Below, in pieces: positions 43,301 to 51,881 of a stretch of DNA of 51,881 bases. The notes under the pieces were generated by a model that had not been told where the DNA came from, did no database searches, and saw nothing but the letters and a program-made list of their open reading frames with translations. Within the stretch, counting starts at the first letter, position 1; each line of letters starts with the position of its first letter. Source of the DNA: Sphaeroforma arctica JP610 (taxonomy: Eukaryota). The translations under genes and the position numbers were made by a program. The stretch is from assembly GCF_001186125.1 (NCBI RefSeq), contig NW_014039982.1:6790-58670 (forward strand). Reading direction: 5' to 3'.

Positions 43301-45103
43301 CGGCATTGTGCATTGGGTTGCAAAGCCCGGATCTTATTAGGCTGCACCACATTAATCAAATACACTCGTACTATATACCACTTTAATTGCTTGTTGTGAA
43401 CGACCTAAGTGAATCAAACACGCCCGATAGCTGGTGCATTGGTTGCCCAAATCTCTACTGGTAGTGTATGTACAGTGGTAGATGAGCCCAGTGCATTGGT
43501 TGCCCATATCTCTACTGGTAGTGTATGTACAGTAGTAGATAAACCCAGTGCATTGGTTGCCCATATATCTACTGGTAGTGTACCCACGGTAGTAGTTGAG
43601 CCTACGATCGCGCCTCAGCACCTCGGCGCAGTACGTTACCAGGCTGTAACGCAAATCGATTCATGCACAAAACAGTATCCGGTCCGGATAAACAACCTCT
43701 TTTTAAATAAGTATATATTAGTGTGGTTGTTTTAAGTAATGATGTATACTATACCGGTTAAAAATACGATCCGACATAAAATGGCAGTATACATGCATTG
43801 ACGTTTCATGTACTGAATTGGTATGATTGAGATGAACCACTTCCCAGTATCTCGCACACAACACTCACTGGTTGTCATGCACTGAGTCCATATCGTAGGT
43901 AGGTGCAGGTGAACGTCAATACGCACTGAACTGAGGACAGTTTGCGATCTACCTACTTAATCCATAACACAGGAAGGAGTCACTGCCCTCCATTCTACAC
44001 ATAGTACTCAATAGTTAGGTGAAGCGCAGGTCAATACGCACTAAGGACAGTTTTAGATCTACCTACTTGATCCATAACACAGGGAGGAGTCACTCCCCTC
44101 CATTTTGCACATAGTACTCACTGGTTGGGTGAAGCGCAGGCCAATACGCACAGAGGACAGTTTTAGATCTACCTACTTAATCCATAACACAGGAAGGGGT
44201 CACTGCCCTCCATCTCGCCGTGAAGCACAAGTCAATATACAGCACAGCCTTTCTGCTGAAACGAGGTGCGAAGGGGAAGCAGAGCTTATGGCAGCACGCA
44301 CCATCCGAAGACTTTCTCACACGGGCGATGCACCTGACCAACGCACCCGGGGGAAAGTTCGGGACTTTACACGAAGGCTTAGGCAGGGAGATTGAGGATC
44401 GGATACAGAAGGGTATGATGAAAGCTTACACGACTGTTTGGTGGTGTTTATTTCAATTGTAAACATATTGCGTCGTGAGTCCTGCCATGATTGTATCTCT
44501 GCCACATGTCTAGTGTGTGGTTTGTGAACGGGACACCAAGACCGCGTTCTGTGGATTCGACCACTAGTATATGTAANNNNNNNNNNNNNNNNNNNNNNNN
44601 NNNNNNNNNNNNNNNNNNNNNNNNNNNNNNNNNNNNNNNNNNNNNNNNNNNNNNNNNNNNNNNNNNNNNNNNNNNNNNNNNNNNNNNNNNNNNNNNNNNN
44701 NNNNNNNNNNNNNNNNNNNNNNNNNNNNNNNNNNNNNNNNNNNNNNNNNNNNNNNNNNNNNNNNNNNNNNNNNNNNNNNNNNNNNNNNNNNNNNNNNNNN
44801 NNNNNNNNNNNNNNNNNNNNNNNNNNNNNNNNNNNNNNNNNNNNNNNNNNNNNNNNNNNNNNNNNNNNCCTTATATATATTTTCTACCAATCAATATGGT
44901 TATAATTTCTTCCGTGACCTTTATCCATACCATCAGAAGCGGACCAGGAACAGCGCGTGGAAGTATTGGAAGCGTGCACGAGATTATTGGGAGAAGAAGT
45001 ACACCGATTGCAGCTCCGATTAGACGCATGTGTGCGGATAACCACTGCTGCGTGCACGCTCAGTATAGGGGGTATAGTATACCTGGCACTTATAAAGAAG
45101 TAA
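40349..45103 (+). CDS. Ankyrin-repeat protein with C-terminal coiled-coil and hydrophobic tail anchor
   Basis: Phase-0 ankyrin exons 42104-42202 (EPALHY), 42662-42760 (GRTALH), 43188-43289 (GNTPLH) and 44192-44412 (GVTALH). The terminal exon 44937-45103 ends AACTLSIGGIVYLALIKK*. The start exon is tentative, and the N-gap could hide an exon. Confidence 0.82.
42440..42645. repeat. Intronic ~25-bp minisatellite
   Basis: About 8 copies of CTATGCTGTATCACATAAACTTTGT. Confidence 0.92.
42753..42878. repeat. 2 x 63-bp duplication of ankyrin exon end plus donor
   Basis: AAGATCAG|GTTGGTGTGGTGAG... starts at 42753 and again at 42816. Confidence 0.92.
43433..43602. repeat. 3 x ~57-bp intronic tandem repeat
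   Basis: Unit GTGCATTGGTTGCCCATATCTCTACTGGTAGTGTATGTACAGTAGTAGAT. Confidence 0.92.
43905..44212. repeat. 3 x 110-bp duplication of ankyrin splice acceptor plus exon start
   Basis: CCATAACACAG|G(A/G)AGG.GTCACT.CCCTCCAT, with AG ending at 43971, 44081 and 44191. Confidence 0.92.
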
Positions 45104-45471
45104 GCTAAAGCCAATTAATCTGGGTGGGTTTAAAGCCAAGAGCGTGTTTGTCAACTGTAACGGGGGACGCGAAGTTTCTACGTCTGTACGTAGGAACAGC
45201 ACAACAGGCTAATCTATCTGTACAGATTCAAGCGCGCACGGGCGGACATAGGCTAGCAGTCAAGGCGACAATATTGCATTGAAGTCGTCATGTATGATTT
45301 ATATTGGAGCCTCTACCATACAAATGACAATCTCGTTGCCGGCATCTCTACCATACAAATGACAATCATCTAAATATCTCGACCTTGCCGGTATTCACCC
45401 AGCCGCATCATATTCTTCGTCGTATGTCTGTCTTCTCCTGCGCCTGGGCACTGCCTGGGGCGCAGTGGTTG

Positions 45472-48400
45472 CTACTCTATCTGCCCAACACACACATACC
45501 TGCGTGCACCAGATGCAATACATGCGTTGTGATTAGCAAGATGGAATTAGTTGGGACTTCTAATTGCAACGACCAACGGAACGGACTAATACTTCATGTC
45601 CTACTAAAACGAGAAACGGTCCCTTTGAAGCGCAATATGGCTATGTGCACGTGCTGGTAGGTGCCATCTCCAGGCACACAATTCAACGACGAGATATAAT
45701 GAGGGAATCGCTGAGGCAAACAAAAACAAAAACAAAAACTCTATCTCGCTTCACACGCCCATCCACCAATGCTACTTTTGGGTGCATGACATTTTGCTAC
45801 AGCACGCCCACTCAAATAAACGGGACGAAATGACGGCGTCACTCCAATAACTTACTTGGTATCTAGGTAGTCGTTGATTCCATATTTAGAGCCCTCTCGG
45901 CCAAATCCACTCTGCTTTACGCCGCCAAATGGTGCGAGTTCGGTGGAGATTATCCCCTCATTGACACCTGGGGGGGTTAATTGGTGTGGGCAGAAGATGT
46001 ACCGTCTTAGGCAGTAAAACGCACGTATGATGGATTGTCTTAATCATGATCGATGGTGTAGAGCCGAATCCTTAACCCCGGAAACAGACTCAATGAACGC
46101 TCAACCCCATGTGATAAACCCGGGTAACCTCTTGAATCGCTACAACTGGGTGTCCTATCAACAGGCTCACAGATATACGAAACACACACCACATACCAAC
46201 CATGCCACTGTTCAGAGCTTCGCTCACACGCCAGATACGCGCATTGTCTTTGGTGTAGAAGTAGTTGGCTAGTCCCGCTAGCGTGTCATTGGCAAGGGCG
46301 ATGGCCTCCTCTTCCGTAGTGAACCGAATTAACGGGGCAAGTGGTCCGAAAGTTTCATCAGAGGACACCAGCATGTCAGTTGTCACCTGTCAAACGGTGC
46401 GCGTAGGTGAAAGTATTGAGCCTTCTGGATCTGGTTTGTGTGGTTCGAGTGTGTAGTTCGAGTAGGTCACTCACACACTTCTTGCGCGTGTGCCAATGGA
46501 ATTTCTGCACCAAGAGTATTGCATGTCGTTTTACATAACAGTTGTTCAACTAGCGAGAAACGCAATCATCCGGATGCAACAGCTCATACTGATACGCAAT
46601 CATTCGGGTGCAACAGCTCATACTGATACGCAATCATTCGGATGCAACAGCTCATACTGATACGCAATCATCCGAATGCAACAACTCATACTGATACGCA
46701 ATCATTCGTATGCAACAGCTCATACTGATACGCAATCATCGAATGCAACAGCGCATACTGATACGCAATCATGCGGATGCAACAGCGCATACTGATACGC
46801 AATCATGCGGATGCAACAGCTCATACTGATACGCAATCATTCGGATGCAACAGCTCAAACTGATACGCAATCATGCGGATGCAACAGCTCATACTGATAC
46901 GCAATCATCCGAATGCAACAGCTCATACTGATACGCAATCATTCGGGTGCAACAGCTCATACTGATACGCAATCATGCGGATGCAACAGCTCATACTGAT
47001 ACGCAATCATTCGGGTGCAACAGCTCATACTGATACGCAATCATGCGGATGCAACAGCTCATACTGATACGCAATCATTCGCATGCAACAGCTCATGCTG
47101 ATCTCACCCAATGGACAAAGAACAACCAAGCATCACTAACACACAGACACATCCGCACTACCTACGTCCGCCTCCGCCAAACGATCCATAACACCGGTAC
47201 CGAACCTCTGTACGTAGTACGTGAAACAGAGCAACACCAGACTTCTCAGCGATCACTACACACTCACCCCGGTTAGCACAGTGGGCTCGTAGAATAGTTC
47301 ACCCACGGCACTGTTCTTTCCTCCCGTCACCACCTTGGCGCCTTTGGCCAGTGCGTCGGCCATGTGCTTCTCCACTTTCTCTACCGCCGCTTTGTTGATC
47401 AGCGGTCCCTGTGTGGTACCTACACAGGAGAACGTACACGCCGTAAGTTAAGTCACCGTTCGGGCGGCAGGCGATAGAAGGCGTGCGGTTGTTTCATGTA
47501 ACTGCACCGTAATTGGGGTCGAAACATTGTTGGGTCGTCGTATTTCGGTTGGTACTAAGTAACTCGCATCGTGAGCTCCCTTTGCTAGATGCACAATGCT
47601 AGTATCAGATATGTACATCGTTTTCCGAGCATATAGATTGTAACCTCAGTATATACCTCGTGACTAAAACTTAAGTATGTACACCACGGATAACATTATG
47701 AATCGCCGTAGAGGGGCACCCTCGCCTCGTAATGACACCTGCGCACATGATGGGGAATCAGCCGCCTTCTTTTGTACTGACTCAAGTACACACACCATGC
47801 TGTACATTACTCTTATCTCGCGCTCTATGTCTATAACCAACATATACCATGGTACTGTTAACGAGAGCACCCCATGGGGCACTTGCGTAAGTACTACAAC
47901 GTGATTTGTACGTCGATTTTCATCAATGTTTGAGTCGTTGAGTGAGGTGGAGAGCAAATGCGATCGATAAGTTATCTGTCAAAACTAATGCACACCCACT
48001 CTATTATGGTTTAGCGACATGCCAAGCACCACGACAACCCCACCATACAACAGAAACACAACATCGCCTGCTATTATAGCCGTATAGTAGATCTCAGACG
48101 ATTAAAAAAACCACCGTCATATACAGAAAACCCCACATACCCGCGTCTAGCCCATTGCCTACAACCAACTCATTAACAGCGGCAGTCAGCTTCTTAGTAA
48201 AGGCCTCGTACACACCATCCTGGACAAGGAACCTGATCAGATTCAGGACAGGACAAATAGTCAGCCAGAGGGTGTTGGTTGTATACGCGTATATACAAAA
48301 CGTGAGCACGTTAACGGCACGCGCAAATCCCATCCAAGCCCATTTGTGCCGTGGTTGTGAGTCACTAACTGCATTCTTGACAAATATACTCATAACCGAC

Positions 48401-51400
48401 CCGGTAGAAGCACACACAGGCAGCCTCATTACCTACCGGTTGGTACACACACAGGTCTGCCCAGAGTTTCTGAACTTGCTGGCAATCGCACCGGCCACCG
48501 CGGCGTCGAGGTCGGCATCGTCAAACACAATGAACGATGCATTGCCGCCCAATTCCATGGACATGCGCTTGACTGTGTCGCTGCTCTGCTTCATCAGTAG
48601 CTTGCCCACACCCGTAGAGCCAGTGAACGAGATCTATGCTTGTTCGCAGAGGAGAGAGAAGCGTAGGGTTTATGGTTTGCGGTTTGCGGTTTAGGTTTGG
48701 GTGGAAGGGGCCGTGCATCGACGAGGGTGGTGTGATTGGGTTTTGATTATGTCAGGTGTTTCCTGTCGGCAGAACTCACGCTTGCGATGGCCATCTGGTA
48801 TCTTCATACTTGTTTGTTGGTGCTGTACGCGTGAGCTTGATCCGTTTGAACCATACGTCTGGGGCTTGACGCATACTCAATAAATATAATAGACGTGTAC
48901 TCAATAAATATTATAAACGTATACTCAATAAATATTATAAATGTATACTCAATAAATATTATAGACGTATACTCAATAAGTATTATACACCCAGCAAAAC
49001 TTATAAAGTCCCCACCAGCGGGTGACTGGGCGGGAAGAGACAATTGCAAGCCTTCGCACTACTGATTTGGCCTTTAACTTGAGAGACTACGTCAATGTTC
49101 AGTCGGCCAGTAGACAGTCGAGTATCCATTTTTCTACGTGTGAGATTCTCGGTGGTGACTGCTATTAAAATGGCTGGCACATAATCACATGTGCAGGTGT
49201 GCCTACCACTTGCCTGAGATAGCATGAGCACTATAGTGTCTTACACTGGTATACTACGCCCACATCGGCGTACCTTTGCAACATCTGGGCTCGAAGTGAG
49301 CGCCCCACCTACGGCTGGCGAACTACTCTTCTGGCACGTGACCAAGTTCACAACCCCCGGCGGCAGATCAGACATCTCGACCAACTTCATCAGCGCAATG
49401 GCCGAGAGGGGGGTGTCCTGGATGTGAAACGGAGTATGTCATCGGGTTTAGAACTGACGCGCAGTGATGAGGGACTCAGTTGTAATATATTCGATACCAC
49501 GCGTGAGACGATAGAGTATCAACGTATTGCTGATGGTACAACGTATTGCTGATGTTTTTTTCACCCATGGGTGAGATACCATATGACAGGGAGAATTGAT
49601 CGCTCAAACCCAGAAAAGTGAAATTTGAGACGTGCTGACTCAGATACATGGAAGCTGTGTACGCTATAAAAAAACTCTCAAACCCAGTTAATATTAAAAT
49701 TTTCTCGGGCGTACTAGTATATATCGCACATTGTGATGCAGACAAACAACCCCCCCTCAAAACGTAGTGATGGAAAGAGTGTGTGAAGCTACTCACTGTA
49801 GCATGCTTAAGCGCGACATACATTGCGCTAGATAGTATATTAATGTACCGAACTCACGTGTGCATACCTCGGCTGGCTTGAGGACCACAGTACACCCTGC
49901 GGCCAGCGCAGGGGCTATTTTACGGGCAGCCATGGCCACAGGGAAATTCCAGGGAGTGATTAAACCGCACACACCCACCGGTTGTTTGTACACGAGCAGG
50001 CGGCGACCGTTGGTATTGTGTGGTAGGATATCTCCGTATATGCGTTTGGTCTCTTCCGCATACCATTCTGTGAGGCACAGTATAAGACGACAATGCGTGT
50101 GGGTCCCAGTAGTGCTGAGCTCTGACAACTAGTGTCTACAGCACGCGTGTGTGTTCATTCGAGGTACAAGCACGCGCGAAGGACCCGCACCTAGTCCACT
50201 ATGCACAAACGGGGTGCAGTCTGGAATCAGGAGCCGCGACATACCAATATATCCAGCAGAGTACAGAACTTCCCCCTTTGCTTCGGCCAGTGGTTTGCCC
50301 TGTTCGCGGGATATAATCTGAGCGAGATGGTCTGCGTGCTCTATCACCTTAGAGTGCCAGTGCTTTAACGCTTTCGATCTGTGCGGTACGTTTGATTATT
50401 CGTGGTGAGTTGTGGTCTGCGTGTTCTATCACCTTAGAGTGCCAGTGTTCTAATGCTTTCGATCCGTGCGGTACGTTTGAGTATTCGTGGTGAGTTGTGG
50501 TCTGCGTGCTCTATCACCTTAGAGTGCCAGTGTTTTAACGATTTCGATCTGTGCAGTACGTTTGCGTGTTCGTGGTGAGTTGCAATGCACCGGCCGATTA
50601 CGCGAAGACACGTGCGTCACGTCACGCGTTCACAACCGAGGCAGCGATGACAAGCACACCAGAGGGTCATGTGTGGGGTAGATAGATACAGCAATTAACT
50701 ATATACACCCAAAACAAACAGCAGCGTGGGTCAGTATAGCAACGCAACGGCAGCGGCCGCACTTGGAAGCCCGAAAGTTTTGCAACAGCCAACCGATGTA
50801 GTGTGGTGTGGGCGTACACGGATATACATATAGGTATATATATATATATGTGTGTGTCTGCAATCACAAGTATAGCTCCATGCATATACATGAACAAATC
50901 CGGCCAGTCAAATTCTATCCTGACCGCTGTACTTACTTGTCCATTGGTGACCAAGCGCCCCACACGGGCAGCGCCGCTTTAGCCGCAGCGATCGCTCTGT
51001 GCGTTTCACCCGCTCCCATGTCCGGTACATCCGCAATGATGTCTCCGTTTGCCGGGTTGGTCACACTGTGTTATTAATGGATTTGGCCGTTGAAGTTAAT
51101 ACGATATGTATAATGGCGCTTACTATTGAGCCATGCGTATGTAATCGAATCCTATGTCGTGGGTATGCGGAAGGCATTGTACGGAAGGTCTGCAAACAGC
51201 AAATACTGATGATGGAATGATGACATTTATATATCACGTATACAGATTGTAGTGACACCGACAAGACAGGATTTAGTGCATTTAGGTGTTGACATTGCAT
51301 CTATAGCACCGAATAACTGTTTATAATCTCCCGATACAGAGAGTCTTGTGATTGTATGTAATGGAAACTGCACCACTGAGAAAAATGCAAACAAAAAGCA

Positions 51401-51452
51401 TACTTGAAAGTGGCCTTCGAATCTGCATCCACCCATTTCCCATCGATGTAGG
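45472..51452 (-). CDS. ALDH5A1: Succinate-semialdehyde dehydrogenase (ALDH5/GabD family), 5' end unresolved or beyond window
   Basis: Exons encode [62 protein letters not shown] (catalytic Glu), [11 protein letters not shown] (catalytic Cys), ETFGPLAP and [18 protein letters not shown]. The last exon 45499-45472 reads YVCVGQIE*. Confidence 0.94.
46561..47102. repeat. Intronic 34-bp minisatellite, about 16 copies
   Basis: Unit CGCAATCATTCGGATGCAACAGCTCATACTGATA, head-to-tail with no spacers. Confidence 0.96.
48872..48986. repeat. Intronic 24-bp minisatellite, about 5 copies
   Basis: Unit ATACTCAATAAATATTATA(A/G)ACGT. Confidence 0.92.
50328..50582. repeat. 3 x 85-bp duplication of SSADH acceptor plus exon start
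   Basis: Unit TGGTCTGCGTGCTCTATCACCTTAGAGTGCCAGTG...CGATCTGTGCGGTACGTTTG. Confidence 0.93.
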
Positions 51453-51596
51453 CCTAATAATCATGCATTCCGTGGATGATACGAATTGAAAGTAAATCGA
51501 CGGGCGCATATAATTGAAAATATAGACGTTGTATCGTTGATGAAATATACAGTCACAAGCCGGTTTGAGCCACCTCCTCTGAAAAATAAAATACAA

Positions 51597-51731
51597 CCAC
51601 CTCTTGTGTCCGTGGAAGCTAGCTCAGCGAGAATAATACTTAAGGACAGATCCACTTTTATACACCACCTCTTGTGTCCGTGGGAGCTAGCTCAACGAGA
51701 ATAATACATAAGGACAGATCCACTTCTATAC
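51597..51731. repeat. 2 x ~69-bp direct repeat
   Basis: CCACCTCTTGTGTCCGTGG.AGCTAGCTCA.CGAGAATAATAC.TAAGGACAGATCCACTT occurs twice. Confidence 0.9.
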
Positions 51732-51881
51732 AGATATGCATAGAAAGAGTAACCAATTGATTCAATCCACATAGCTGCAACCAAAAAAAAATACTTGATG
51801 TGTCTTTCCAAAAACTTATATATATATATATATATATATATACTGCGTGTATATGTACACGTATTTATAATTAAAATATTG

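Noticed and set aside
44491..45108. 205-aa ORF across N-run
   Set aside because: Open only because of the assembly gap. The real terminal ankyrin exon is in another frame.
46561..47102. 34-bp repeat array resembling CRISPR repeats in length
   Set aside because: Units are head-to-tail with no unique spacers, there are no cas genes, and it lies in a spliceosomal intron. It is a minisatellite.
8255..51452. Detox/metabolic gene cluster (quinone reductase, GST-fold, dioxygenase, ALDH, DGAT2, PPCS)
   Set aside because: The genes are interspersed with unrelated ones and TE islands, and they share no coherent pathway. Ordinary gene neighbourhood.

Overview
Intron-rich eukaryotic genomic DNA: GT-AG spliceosomal introns, standard code, (TA)n/(CA)n microsatellites and three N-gaps. 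The gene set suggests a unicellular opisthokont/holozoan, but that is inference. I assembled nine protein-coding genes by hand from exons: TBC1D12/14-like RabGAP (5' partial), zeta-crystallin/NADPH:quinone reductase, PPCS, an alpha-arrestin-like protein, a GDAP1-like tail-anchored GST, an intronless bacterial-type TauD/RdpA dioxygenase, DGAT2/MOGAT, a tail-anchored ankyrin protein and SSADH (5' partial). There are two repeat islands. The first (18.2-23.7 kb) holds a pogo/Tc1-mariner element with TIRs and TA TSD, a probable hAT relic and stuttered DNA; the second (34.5-36.6 kb) is a CpG-depleted LINE-like relic. The most unusual signals are (i) repeated tandem duplication of exon-intron junctions in five genes, (ii) a decayed, apparently intronless and diverged PPCS copy inside the last PPCS intron, (iii) the HGT-like dioxygenase and (iv) micro-duplication stutter and CpG-loss signatures confined to repeats. 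I cannot establish a new biological system from sequence alone. Most short ORFs in the supplied track are spurious. All coordinates and counts were read by eye.
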